Positions 17,735 through 27,829 of a stretch of 32,000 bases of DNA are shown here, piece after piece. A program made the position numbers and the translations under genes. Below the pieces are notes generated by a model. It was given only the letters and a program-made list of their open reading frames with translations, was not told the origin of the DNA and did no database searches. This DNA is from Promethearchaeota archaeon. GTDB taxonomy: Archaea; Asgardarchaeota; Lokiarchaeia; Sigyniarchaeales; Promethearchaeaceae. The stretch lies in the NCBI GenBank assembly GCA_016933055.1, contig JAFGBS010000021.1, positions 60,001-92,000 of the forward strand. Direction: 5' to 3'. The stretch's first letter is position 1, and each line of letters opens with the position of its first letter.

Positions 17735-19231
17735 CTACGTGACTAAATTTTTCCATACTAATCGGATTTCTTCTTTTGGATTCTCTATAATATTGCAAGG
17801 CGAATCAAATATCATAGTATATCGTTTAATTGTATCGAATTTAGGCCAATTAGGTAATTCTTTATGGTTGGGATCTCCATTTTGTGCAAAAGATATCCAT
17901 GCATCCATTATTTGCTCACGAAGATGTTGTTCAATTGCAGTACCTTCCAATCTTATACCTTCTGCAACATCTTTCGAGGTCAAGTTTCCGAATACGAACA
18001 ATAAATCAAATACATGAGGGCTCGCATTTATTTTTGGAGCTTTATAATTTAATACATACATATAAGTATCTTGGATAGAACTATGCAGTTCTGCTTGCTT
18101 ATTTGTAAATAACCAAAATGCTATATCCGTTAAAAGCATATCATATTCCGCATTTTTTGGGTAATCTGGGGGGTGATAATTCTTTTTGTACACTCGAATT
18201 AATTCTTCAAATTGATGTTTGGAAAATCCAGTTACTTTTCTGATTCCTCTCATAATGAAGAATTTTGCAATAAATTGTTTGAGTTTTGAGGGAATTAAGT
18301 TTGTAGAAAACAATGGAAGTTCTTCCGCATTCATTCCTATCAACAAGGGAATTTTACGTGCGTGACCAGTCTTCCATGCCTTTTCGTAGTCAAAAGGAAT
18401 AATATTTCTGTCTGGAAATGGAAAAAAAAGGCGATCTATAAGAAAACTCCCTTTCATCGTATTACGTTCAGCTTGAATTAACTTTTCAATTGGTAAAGTT
18501 TTGAGTATTCGAGAATCAATTGGATCAATTTTAAGACGGTTAAGGAATTTTCGGGCAGAATTCTGGGAATTTTTTAGATCCGTTTCCATATGGTCAAAAT
18601 CAATTGCACCACTTTGCGCAATTCCTTTATGAAATAATCCCGATGCTTTGGGAGACAACATTAACAAACCAAGTGACATTGCTCCTGCACTTTCTCCGAA
18701 AACGGTTACATTGTTCGGGTCTCCACCGAACGACTTAATATTTTCTTGGATCCACTGTAATGCACAAATCTGATCCTGTAATCCAAGATTTGGTGAGATG
18801 CCCTTAAAATTGAGGAACCCAAGCATTCCTAAACGATATTGGATATTTACTACAACAACATTGCCTCGTTTACTTAATTTTCCTCCATGGATGCGTGGAC
18901 GAGACGCAGACCCGATTACAAAAGCCCCACCATGAATATAGACCATTACGGGACGTTTTACTTCATCAGCATTCGGTGTCCAAATATTCAAGAATAGACA
19001 ATCTTCATTTTCTTCCAGATTTATGGGGGGATCATCCTCGTGGGCTTGAGGGGCTATTGGTCCGACTTTAGTTGCATCATAGGGAATTTCCCAAGAGGTA
19101 ATTAGAACGGGGGGTTCATATCGTGAATTTTCCACTGGAGGTTGGGCATATCTTAAACCCAGGTACTCTTGATAGCCCTCATATTGAAGACCGATAACTT
19201 GACCTAATCGTGTTTCGATTATTGTTTTCAA
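17735..19231 (-). CDS. Type-B carboxylesterase/lipase (para-nitrobenzyl esterase-like)
   Basis: EDCLFLNIWTP, HGGAF, YRLG.LGF, DQI.ALQW...NI..FGGDP.NVTVFGESAG (catalytic Ser), NAEE (Glu) and SPHVFDL (His). TTG start. Confidence 0.92.
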   Translation of the reverse strand: MKTIIETRLGQVIGLQYEGYQEYLGLRYAQPPVENSRYEPPVLITSWEIPYDATKVGPIAPQAHEDDPPINLEENEDCLFLNIWTPNADEVKRPVMVYIHGGAFVIGSASRPRIHGGKLSKRGNVVVVNIQYRLGMLGFLNFKGISPNLGLQDQICALQWIQENIKSFGGDPNNVTVFGESAGAMSLGLLMLSPKASGLFHKGIAQSGAIDFDHMETDLKNSQNSARKFLNRLKIDPIDSRILKTLPIEKLIQAERNTMKGSFLIDRLFFPFPDRNIIPFDYEKAWKTGHARKIPLLIGMNAEELPLFSTNLIPSKLKQFIAKFFIMRGIRKVTGFSKHQFEELIRVYKKNYHPPDYPKNAEYDMLLTDIAFWLFTNKQAELHSSIQDTYMYVLNYKAPKINASPHVFDLLFVFGNLTSKDVAEGIRLEGTAIEQHLREQIMDAWISFAQNGDPNHKELPNWPKFDTIKRYTMIFDSPCNIIENPKEEIRLVWKNLVT

Positions 19232-19234
19232 TTA

Positions 19235-20638
19235 TTACAACTCTTCTTCCTGTTGTGTTTTAATTGCGGTAAGGTGTTCTTTCTTTTCAGCGTGAATTCT
19301 TTCGATTTCTTGTTCAAGACGAATCAGTTTTTTTCCATATAGAGGATGAAAGACTATGAACATTAAACCCACGAGCATAAAGAGTGCCGGAATCAACAAC
19401 ATGAAGGTTTTGATCCCGTTTAAGGCCGATACTGGTTGGATTTCAGTTGAACCCCCCTCTATATAACTTGTGGCGGTTAAGATAGCTGTTACTATTATGG
19501 TTCCCACACTATCCCCTGGTTTGGTTATCAGAGCATTTACTCCAAGAAAAGTAGTTTCTCTACGGTTTCCATATTTCACTTCAAATTCATCCATAGATAA
19601 AGCCGTTAAAGTGCTAGTGTATGCTCTAGGAATTGCTGAAATCCAACTCATGAACAGTAACCCTATCAGAGCCAGAATTGAAGATTTAAAATAGATAGTG
19701 CTCAGATAAAAGAGTATAGTACCAAAGACGACGAACGATCCGACAATCAAAATTGTACGCTTCATTCCCCATACTTGTTTCAATTTCAAAGCAATCCACG
19801 GTGCAAAAAACATTCCAATAGACGTTAATATGAAGTAGGTGGTTTGATTAAGCCCTGGGATGACCAGAATATAAAGATACACAAATGATATTCCGAAACC
19901 CATAGGTATTACATTGAAAAATAGATTGTAACCCACATAAAGCATGAATGATTTCATTCTGAAGGTTTTTCCCAGACCCTTCCAGAATGGTAATGGTTTT
20001 TCGTAGTGAAATTGCGTTCTTTCTTGAATAAGCGAGGTAGTAATAAAAGTAGCTATAATTACAAATGCCCCAATACCAAACGTTAAATATCGAAAATAAA
20101 TCCAACTAAGGTCTTTGATAAACACTATTACAGACCCAATAATACTTGCGAAAAATATGGAAATACCGGTATAATAACTCATCTTAATACGATTATCATT
20201 ATTGCTTTCCATTTCAGGTAGAAGTGCCATCCAACACATAATCACAAGGGATAAGCCATTATCTAATAAACACATAAAAGTAGTGTATTGGATAAAAATC
20301 ACCACTTGATTTGTTAAACTCCATGGCAAAAATGTGAAAGCGAAGGACATCGCCCAAAACACCCCACCCCACCGTATAAAGATTAATCGTCGACTACCCC
20401 ATTTTTTCGGATCAATACTATCACTCCACATTGCTAGTATGGGGTCGTTAATCGCGTTGACGACCATGTAGATAATTGATGCTATGTAGAACCATTTATC
20501 GTCAAGTAATAAATAATCGTGAAAAAACTCATAGATGGTTAAGAAATAGGCAGCAGCCATTAAGTAAAACGGAATTACCATCAAAAGATATACCCATTTT
20601 TCTTTTCGGGTCATAGTGTTGTTTGATAAGGAAGTCAT
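19235..20638 (-). CDS. MFS transporter, GPH family
   Basis: NAINDP...WSD......WGSRR and DEFEVKYGNRRE..FLG motifs, about 12 TM segments. It ends TAA TAA immediately before the esterase TTG. Confidence 0.9.
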   Translation of the reverse strand: MTSLSNNTMTRKEKWVYLLMVIPFYLMAAAYFLTIYEFFHDYLLLDDKWFYIASIIYMVVNAINDPILAMWSDSIDPKKWGSRRLIFIRWGGVFWAMSFAFTFLPWSLTNQVVIFIQYTTFMCLLDNGLSLVIMCWMALLPEMESNNDNRIKMSYYTGISIFFASIIGSVIVFIKDLSWIYFRYLTFGIGAFVIIATFITTSLIQERTQFHYEKPLPFWKGLGKTFRMKSFMLYVGYNLFFNVIPMGFGISFVYLYILVIPGLNQTTYFILTSIGMFFAPWIALKLKQVWGMKRTILIVGSFVVFGTILFYLSTIYFKSSILALIGLLFMSWISAIPRAYTSTLTALSMDEFEVKYGNRRETTFLGVNALITKPGDSVGTIIVTAILTATSYIEGGSTEIQPVSALNGIKTFMLLIPALFMLVGLMFIVFHPLYGKKLIRLEQEIERIHAEKKEHLTAIKTQQEEEL

Positions 20639-20728
20639 TTTTTCCCCTTTTACATTGGATTCGTTTATTACTTATGTACTTCACTCACTAAATCAACTTA
20701 TCAAAAATTAAATCCATTGGAAAAATGA

Positions 20729-20748
20729 GATGAAGTATAACCTTCATC
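20729..20748 (-). terminator. Hairpin GATGAAG-N6-CTTCATC just after the rhaB stop, possible terminator or processing stem
   Basis: Perfect 7-bp stem beginning 8 bp downstream of the rhaB TGA, followed on the minus strand by TCATTTTT. Confidence 0.35.
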
Positions 20749-20755
20749 GCAATCT

Positions 20756-22186
20756 TCAAGATTGTACATCATATTGGTCAAGAGTAAATGAAGCTCGAAT
20801 TAAATTTCTAATTGTAGTGAGATCCTTGACTTTTTCCATTGCCATTGCCTGTATTAATAGATTTCCAAGAGCTGTTGCTTCACTGGGTCCGCATACCACT
20901 GGTAATTGTGTTTTGTTCGCAAGTAGTTGGTTTAATATTGAAACCTTGCTACCCCCACCTACAATATATATTATTTTTGGTTTAATTTTCGTGATTTTCT
21001 CAATTTGATGGATAACTTCATGGTATTTATAAGCCATGCTCTCATATATTGTCCGAGTAATCTGTCCAATAGACAGCATTTTTGAGGGGATTTCTATCTT
21101 GTCTATAACCGTTTCAAGCATATTTTGGGGATTTAAGAAATCCGGATGATTAACATCAATAATTCTATTTAAACTGTCAGCTTGTTCCGCTTGACTGTTT
21201 ATTTCATCCCATGTCAAATTTGGATTATCTATATTCCAATACTTTTTACACTCTTGAATGATCCACATTCCCGTTATGTTTTTGAGAAACCTTACTGTTT
21301 TTTGCACACCCTTCTCGTTTGTAAAATTGTGTTTCAAGGCTATCGGTTCTACTATCGGAGAGTTCAGTTCTACACCGATTAAACTCCAAGTTCCTGAACT
21401 GATATATACCCACTCCCCAGGATTAAAAATGGTCATCTCACATGGTACTGCTGCTACCGCTGCAGCTGTATCATGTGATGCTGTCGCAATCACCGTTGTA
21501 TTTGTCTGCAAACCTGTTTTTTGCGCAACCGTTTTAAGCAAGGTTCCAATTTTAGTTCCCGGCATAGTTAAGGGGTGAAATATACGGGATGGCAATTCTA
21601 ATTTTTCAATTAACTCATAAGCCCATTGGTTGGTGTGAACATGTAATAATTGGGTAGTTGATGCGTTTGTGCACTCGTTAATGATTATACCGGTAAGAAG
21701 GAACGTTATATAATCAGAAACCATCAGAAAATGTTCTGCTGAAGAAGTTTCATCAGGATAGTCTCTGTTTGATGCATATAATTGATTTAAAGTATTAATT
21801 TCCATAAATTGGATTCCTGTTGTGGAGAAAAGGGTCTGTTTGGGTAATATCTCTTCTATTCGTGATTGACTATTTCGAGTCCGGGTATTCCTATAATGAA
21901 ATGGTTCCAAAATGATTTTTTTGTCAGAGTTTAATAAAACATAGTCTAGCCCCCAACTATCCACTGCTAAACTATCGAAATCCGAACCAAACTGCTCTGC
22001 CGCTTGGTTCAACCCTTTGAGAATTTCTTGAAATATCACTGAAATATCCCAAACCAGTCCCTTATCTGACTCTTGCCCAGAATTCGAAAATCGATATACT
22101 TCCGTGAGAATTACCCGATTTTTCTCAATCTCCCCCACAATCACTCTTCCTGAACTTGCACCCAGGTCTATTGCTATCGATTTCAT
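20756..22186 (-). CDS. rhaB: Rhamnulokinase (FGGY family)
   Basis: AIDLGASSGRV, DSWGLDY, TGIQFMEINTLNQL, NASTTQL, ASHDTAAAV, YISSGTWSLIG, FTNE.G...VRFLKNITGMWIIQEC, VGGGS and GPSEATALGN motifs. Confidence 0.9.
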   Translation of the reverse strand: MKSIAIDLGASSGRVIVGEIEKNRVILTEVYRFSNSGQESDKGLVWDISVIFQEILKGLNQAAEQFGSDFDSLAVDSWGLDYVLLNSDKKIILEPFHYRNTRTRNSQSRIEEILPKQTLFSTTGIQFMEINTLNQLYASNRDYPDETSSAEHFLMVSDYITFLLTGIIINECTNASTTQLLHVHTNQWAYELIEKLELPSRIFHPLTMPGTKIGTLLKTVAQKTGLQTNTTVIATASHDTAAAVAAVPCEMTIFNPGEWVYISSGTWSLIGVELNSPIVEPIALKHNFTNEKGVQKTVRFLKNITGMWIIQECKKYWNIDNPNLTWDEINSQAEQADSLNRIIDVNHPDFLNPQNMLETVIDKIEIPSKMLSIGQITRTIYESMAYKYHEVIHQIEKITKIKPKIIYIVGGGSKVSILNQLLANKTQLPVVCGPSEATALGNLLIQAMAMEKVKDLTTIRNLIRASFTLDQYDVQS

Positions 22187-22198
22187 CGTAGGTCTTCG

Positions 22199-22858
22199 TT
22201 AAGATATCGTGCTATAATTCTTCTTGAATATATCTTTAAAGTGTTGATAATTATCTTTGGGAATCGTTATTGGGTTACCTATGATTTGAGCGTTTATGTA
22301 AATTTTAGCCATTTTCTCCAATATCATTGCAGCACGAACGCAATAATCCATAGATTTTCCCGTAATCAAACTACCGTGGTTTGCTAATATACAACAATTT
22401 AAATCCCCCATAGCCTGAAGTGCCATTTTAGGCAGATCTTCAGTTCCCGCCATGGCGTACTGGGAGCATCTTACGGGACCCCCGAATACAACAGCCATTT
22501 CTTCAAAAATTACTGGCAGATCTTGGTGACTAACGGCTAATGCAGACACAAAAGGGGCATGCGTATGAATTATGGCGTTAACCTTAGATCGGTGCTGATA
22601 AATATGTCGATGGAGGAAAAATTCGCTTGAGGGAATTAAATCCTTTTCCTTATCAAAATTGGTTCCATCAAATGCCATATGAACCATATGCTCTGGTAAA
22701 GGATTCTCATAGTCATTTCCGGCGGGAGTAATAACCATTTCGTCCTTTGAAGGTATTCGTAATGAAATATTACCTTCTCCCAGCTTAACTAACCCCCCTT
22801 GGTAGATTTGTTTGCATGCTTTAACCAAAATTTCAGCATTTTCCATTACATTAACCAT
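22199..22858 (-). CDS. Class II (Zn) aldolase, FucA-like; probable rhamnulose/fuculose-1-phosphate aldolase
   Basis: EGNISLR, ITPAG, PSSE...H, HTH zinc ligands and LANHG. It sits between rhaA and rhaB. Confidence 0.85.
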   Translation of the reverse strand: MVNVMENAEILVKACKQIYQGGLVKLGEGNISLRIPSKDEMVITPAGNDYENPLPEHMVHMAFDGTNFDKEKDLIPSSEFFLHRHIYQHRSKVNAIIHTHAPFVSALAVSHQDLPVIFEEMAVVFGGPVRCSQYAMAGTEDLPKMALQAMGDLNCCILANHGSLITGKSMDYCVRAAMILEKMAKIYINAQIIGNPITIPKDNYQHFKDIFKKNYSTIS

Positions 22859-22880
22859 TTGGACCTCACAATTTTTTTCG

Positions 22881-24146
22881 TCATTTTCTTAATGATGTGA
22901 CATTTTTTTCGTATTTTTTTAATTCCTCTAACCAGGATTTTCCGATCGGTACATTATGGGTGACACAGTAATAATTCCAGATGTCTATGAATGGTAACGT
23001 CTTAAGTTCTTCTAATACAGCTAATTTACGTGTAAAATCTAAGTTTTCTTCATATTCAGTTAACATCTTTATGGGGTCTAACATTGCATAGAGTAATGCC
23101 TTTTGAGCAGATCTAAATCCTATTATCCAAGCTGCGACCCTATGAATGGTTGCATCAAAAAAATCCAATGCAAAATAGATTTTATTCATTTTTCCCGATC
23201 GAACGACCTCTTGCATCACATTCTGCAGTGATTCATCAAATATTGGGACATGATCGGAATCCCATCGAACTCCTCGACTTATATGTAATAAAATTTCTTT
23301 TTCAAACACTAGGTGGGCGGAAATCTTATCTGCCACACTCTCAGTAGGATGAAAATGACCCATATCAAGACATAGCAAAATCTGGGGGTGTATCGAAGTG
23401 TAATTAGAATAAAATTCATGGGATCCTGCAGTGAATGATTCGATTCCTAATCCAAACAATTTCCCTTCCACTGCATCCTTAAAAAATTCAGATTGTATAT
23501 CTTCGGCGTATATTTCCTCTAAACTATTCAATAATCGCTCCCTATAGCGATATCGGTTAATAGGAACATCTTTAGTTCCATCGGGAATCCAAAGATTATT
23601 TATGCATATTTTCTTTAACTGATTTCCCATCCAAGCTGCAATGTTACGTGATTTCTTTACATGATCTATCCAATATTGTCGAATGGAGTGATTTGGATGA
23701 CACAGAGTCAGGTTATTTTTCGCTTTCTTATGAGAAAAAAGCGTGGGATTAAAGTCTAAACCAATCCCGAGATTTTTAGCCCAATTCACCCAAATCTCAA
23801 AGTGTTCTGGTTCAATATTATTTCGATCATGGTTTTCTGGAAAATTTCCGTAGATTGCATGAAGATTAAATTTTTTCCTTCCCGGCATAAATTTAAATGC
23901 AAATTCCGCGTCTTTCTGAACATCTTCTATGGATCTTGCTGCTCCTGGATAATTTCCCGTAGCTGATATTCCTCCTCCTGTCATTGTTTTTCGTTCGAAT
24001 CCTCGTACATCATCTGCTTGCCAGCAATTCAGTGAAATGGGAATATCGCTAAGTTCGTTTATAATTTTTTCCGTATCTATACCAAAAGTTGCATAAATTG
24101 CTTTTGCACTTAAATACCGTGAAGTCAGTACATCTTGGGGAATCAT
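22881..24146 (-). CDS. rhaA: L-rhamnose isomerase
   Basis: CWQADDV.GFE, ATGNYPG.AR, DFNPTLFSH, WIPDG.KD, DAVEGKLFGLGIESFTAGSHEFY, LDMGHFHPTE, LHISRGVRWDSDHV and DFFDA.I.RVAAW, all characteristic of the E. coli-type RhaA family. Confidence 0.95.
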   Translation of the reverse strand: MIPQDVLTSRYLSAKAIYATFGIDTEKIINELSDIPISLNCWQADDVRGFERKTMTGGGISATGNYPGAARSIEDVQKDAEFAFKFMPGRKKFNLHAIYGNFPENHDRNNIEPEHFEIWVNWAKNLGIGLDFNPTLFSHKKAKNNLTLCHPNHSIRQYWIDHVKKSRNIAAWMGNQLKKICINNLWIPDGTKDVPINRYRYRERLLNSLEEIYAEDIQSEFFKDAVEGKLFGLGIESFTAGSHEFYSNYTSIHPQILLCLDMGHFHPTESVADKISAHLVFEKEILLHISRGVRWDSDHVPIFDESLQNVMQEVVRSGKMNKIYFALDFFDATIHRVAAWIIGFRSAQKALLYAMLDPIKMLTEYEENLDFTRKLAVLEELKTLPFIDIWNYYCVTHNVPIGKSWLEELKKYEKNVTSLRK

Positions 24147-24337
24147 AGCAATGGATTATACTGGTATCATATCCTTTAAAATGTATTTCCACGCACCCCA
24201 CAACTTGATATTAATCGAATATTTGCTCGAAAAAGTGGAATTATCTTCTATATCAAATTAGTATCAAATTTTCTTAGGATTCGTTTTAATACAAAATGAT
24301 CCCTTAAGTTATAGTATAAGATAAAAAATACCCAGAT

Positions 24338-26656
24338 TTGGATAGAAAAACATTGGTATCTCTCGAAGAATATTTTATTGAACCAGAAAAATGCATAAAT
24401 AAGAAAAAATTTCAGCCAGTCAGCTATTTACGTAGAAAATTCAGTTTAGTGAAAGAAATCAGCAAGGCAGAACTAAATATCACTGCTTTGGGATTGTATA
24501 AAGGATATATCAATGGTAAAGCAATCTCCGATCAAATATTCATGCCAGGATTTACCTATTACAAAAAAAGAGTGCAATATCAAACCTATGATGTTACATC
24601 CTTGCTCAAAAAAGGACTAAATGTTATCTCGGTAATGTTAGGCGATGGATGGTACCGAGGAAAAATCGGAATTTTTTCAAAAAGGTATTTTTATGGTGAG
24701 AAAACCAAACTCTCCGCCGTATTAAATGTCAACTTTGTTGATGGGACCACGGATACAATTACGACTGATAATCGATGGAACGCGACACAAAATGGTCCAA
24801 TTCTTAAAAGTGATTGGAAAGATGGAGAAGTTTATGATGCAAGACGAGAGTTGATAGGATGGACGGAGCTAGATTACGATGATAGTAATTGGCATGAAAT
24901 TTACCAAGGTGTGTACAATGGTGCAATTGATCCTTCTGAAGGAGAAAAAATCTTAGAACATGAACGATTTACTCCCGAAATTTTAAAGACACCAGACGGT
25001 TCAACCGTTCTTGATTTTAAACAAAATCTATTCGGTTACGTGGAATTCACCGTTAGTGGAAAAAGTGGGCACAAAGTGAAATTAACCCATGGTGAGGCAC
25101 TCGATGAGAATGGAAATTTTACGTTAAAAAATCTAATCGCGAATGGATTATTAGGTGCAAGGGGCACTTTTCAAGAAATTAAGTATATCTTAAAAGATGG
25201 AATCCAAACCTACAAACCAAATTTCACAGCTCATGGATTTCAATATGTAAAAATCGAGAATTGGCCGGAAGAGGTCAAGGTTGAAAATTTCACGTCGATT
25301 GCAATTTATTCTGATATGGAACAACTAGGATCTTTTGAATGTTCAAATCCCTTAGTAAATCAACTAGTTAGTAATTCAAGATGGTCACAGAAGAGTAATT
25401 TTATGGATATACCTACAGATTGCCCGCAACGGGAGAGAGCAGGGTGGACCGGGGATATTGCATGCTATTCTTCAACAGCTACCTACCTAATGAATGTGAA
25501 TAAATTCCTAGCGAAATGGTTGAAAGATGTTGCACTTCAACAAACTGAAGAGGGGTGTATTGCTTCGATAGTTCCGGATGTTGGATTACCTTCTTTTGCT
25601 GATGGTGCAGCTGGTTGGGCAGATGCTGTAATCATCATTCCATATGTATTATATCAAGCCTATGGAAATGAAAAGATCTTGGAAGATCAATATGAAAGCA
25701 TGGTAAAATGGATGAGTTTTCTGGAAGGGCGTGCTAAAAAAACGCATTCATCAAGATGGCTTAAGAAAAACCCGTACAAAAATTACACAATAGATTATGG
25801 ATTTCATTGGGGTGAATGGCAAGAGCCCGGGCGTCCAATGTCGACAGATGCGATCAAAGGATTTTTCAAACCTGACTTTGAAGTCGCTACAGCTTATTAT
25901 GCGCATTCAGCTTATTTAATGGCGAAAATTGCAGCAATTTTGGGTAAATCGGAAGACGCAGAAAACTATAGCACTCTTTTTGAAAATGTTAAAAAAGCAT
26001 ACCGATATAATTACACTTCAAACGGCATCGTCAATTCAAATCGACAATGTAAATATATCCGTCCTGTAGCCTTTGGCTTAATTTCTGAGGAAGAAAAAAT
26101 CGTTAACATCACAAAATTAAATGAATTAATAAAAGAAAATAATTACAAAATAGGAACGGGATTCTTAACAACCCCCTATGTTCTTCAAATGCTTTCTGAT
26201 TACAATTTTGTGGAAACTGCTTATAATCTATTAGAAAACACCGAAAGACCAAGTTGGTTGTATGAAGTAAAAAAAGGGGCTACAACCATTTGGGAAAATT
26301 GGAATGGTATTGACGATAAAGGGAAACCTACGGATTCATTCAACCATTATCTGATGGGTTCTGTAATTGGATTTCTCTTTAGCCATGTGGCAGGAATACG
26401 CTCTCTTGAACCCGGATATAATAAAGTCTCCATTAAACCTCTTCCCGGTGGATCTTTTAAATTCGTAAATTGCATTTATAGAAGTGTGACAGGTTTAATT
26501 GAAAGCGCATGGAAGATTGAAGGGAGCAAGTTCATTCTAAATGTTGAAGTACCTGTTGATGCTGAAATACATTTACCCGATGGAACCGTTTATTATGTTT
26601 CAAAAGGAAAACATGTATTTTCTTGTACCTTAAAACACCATGTGGAGAGAATTTAA
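24338..26656 (+). CDS. Alpha-L-rhamnosidase (GH78), no signal peptide
   Basis: ITALGLY...ING, PG.T.Y..RVQYQTYDVT, FT.HGFQYV, IPTDCPQRERAGWTGD (general-acid region), WG.W, PSWLY....GATTIWE (general base) and SFNHY. TTG start. Confidence 0.93.
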   Translation: MDRKTLVSLEEYFIEPEKCINKKKFQPVSYLRRKFSLVKEISKAELNITALGLYKGYINGKAISDQIFMPGFTYYKKRVQYQTYDVTSLLKKGLNVISVMLGDGWYRGKIGIFSKRYFYGEKTKLSAVLNVNFVDGTTDTITTDNRWNATQNGPILKSDWKDGEVYDARRELIGWTELDYDDSNWHEIYQGVYNGAIDPSEGEKILEHERFTPEILKTPDGSTVLDFKQNLFGYVEFTVSGKSGHKVKLTHGEALDENGNFTLKNLIANGLLGARGTFQEIKYILKDGIQTYKPNFTAHGFQYVKIENWPEEVKVENFTSIAIYSDMEQLGSFECSNPLVNQLVSNSRWSQKSNFMDIPTDCPQRERAGWTGDIACYSSTATYLMNVNKFLAKWLKDVALQQTEEGCIASIVPDVGLPSFADGAAGWADAVIIIPYVLYQAYGNEKILEDQYESMVKWMSFLEGRAKKTHSSRWLKKNPYKNYTIDYGFHWGEWQEPGRPMSTDAIKGFFKPDFEVATAYYAHSAYLMAKIAAILGKSEDAENYSTLFENVKKAYRYNYTSNGIVNSNRQCKYIRPVAFGLISEEEKIVNITKLNELIKENNYKIGTGFLTTPYVLQMLSDYNFVETAYNLLENTERPSWLYEVKKGATTIWENWNGIDDKGKPTDSFNHYLMGSVIGFLFSHVAGIRSLEPGYNKVSIKPLPGGSFKFVNCIYRSVTGLIESAWKIEGSKFILNVEVPVDAEIHLPDGTVYYVSKGKHVFSCTLKHHVERI

Positions 26657-26934
26657 CAAAAACTGAGAAAAATAAGTAGCGCGTTGTTCCACATGAAGAA
26701 AAAAGGTCTTTTTTGCTCGTAAAATTCGCTAATGTTCCCATAATGATACGTATTTACTATTTTATTTTTAATTTCACACGATGCCTTAAGCCAGAATTCT
26801 TCAGATTTTTTAGTCAACCCTCAGCCAATGTCCCAATATCAAATAAAAATCTTCTATTTTTCATTCAATTTTTTATTAATACATGCTTCAAATTACCGAA
26901 TCCACCATAGAAAACGCGCACAATCCCGTCGGAA

Positions 26935-27801
26935 TTGAATAATCAAAATCCAACCTACTTTATTCTAAAGGCTAAACTACGATTCAAACCTTTTTTTGCT
27001 ACTACTTTCTTTGCGCATTCTGTCAACATTTTAGCAAAGACAGCACGAGTGTTGAATAAAGGTGAAGGTGCTATTTTATATAATGTATTATTTGAAAAGA
27101 TCAAAAAAGCATTCCAGACTAAATTTCTTGAAAAAGACGGGAGTCTTTATCGGGGATTTCAGACAGCCTATACACTTGGGTTAGCATTCAATTTAATCCC
27201 AGTCGCCTTAAGACTACAATCCGCTAACTTATTAGCCAAAAACGTAAAGGAAAACAACAATCACTTAACTGCAAGCTTTTTAGGAATCCCTTATCTTCCA
27301 TTTGCCTTAAGTAAGAACGGACAACTAGGTACTACCTATGATTTACTATTACAAGAAGCATACCCATCATGGTTATATCCAGTAAAAATGGGAGCAACTA
27401 CCGTCTGGGAACGCTGGGATGTAATATTTCCTGATGGTTCTATCAATCGTGGTGGAATTAACGATCCGAGGGATATGTGTAGTTTTAATCATTATGCATA
27501 TGGTGCGATTGGGAATTGGATGTATAAAGTAATCACCGGAGTTAATTATAAAGAAGAACAACCAGGTTATAAGGTAATTCACATCCAACCTCAACTTGGA
27601 GAGGGATTATCCCATGTGAATGCGTCCCTAGAATCTCGATATGGGAAAATACGTTCGTCTTGGAAGCTTGAAAATGGTATATTCACTCTAAATGTGGTCA
27701 TCCCTCCGAATACGACTGCAACCATATGTTTACCCGATGGTTCAGAAAAAATCAGCATAGGGTCGGGCTCCTATAAATATACTTGCCCATTAAATCATTA
27801 G
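26935..27801 (+). pseudogene. 5'-truncated second GH78 alpha-L-rhamnosidase (C-terminal part only)
   Basis: The ORF begins just before AT.FFAHS and aligns with only the last ~260 aa of the upstream GH78 (PSWLYPVKMGATTVWERWD, SFNHYAYGAIG.W). It lacks the DCPQR acid motif and the N-terminal domains, and I saw no in-frame upstream homology. Confidence 0.7.
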
Positions 27802-27829
27802 ACTCTATTTTTCCCTATATAATGTAAAA

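Noticed and set aside
26657-26934. Possible IS scar or gene remnant before the GH78 fragment (AAAAAAG-GT-CTTTTTT at 26699-26714; short minus-strand peptides such as YGGFGNL)
   Set aside because: No terminal inverted repeats, target duplication or transposase-like sequence were identifiable.
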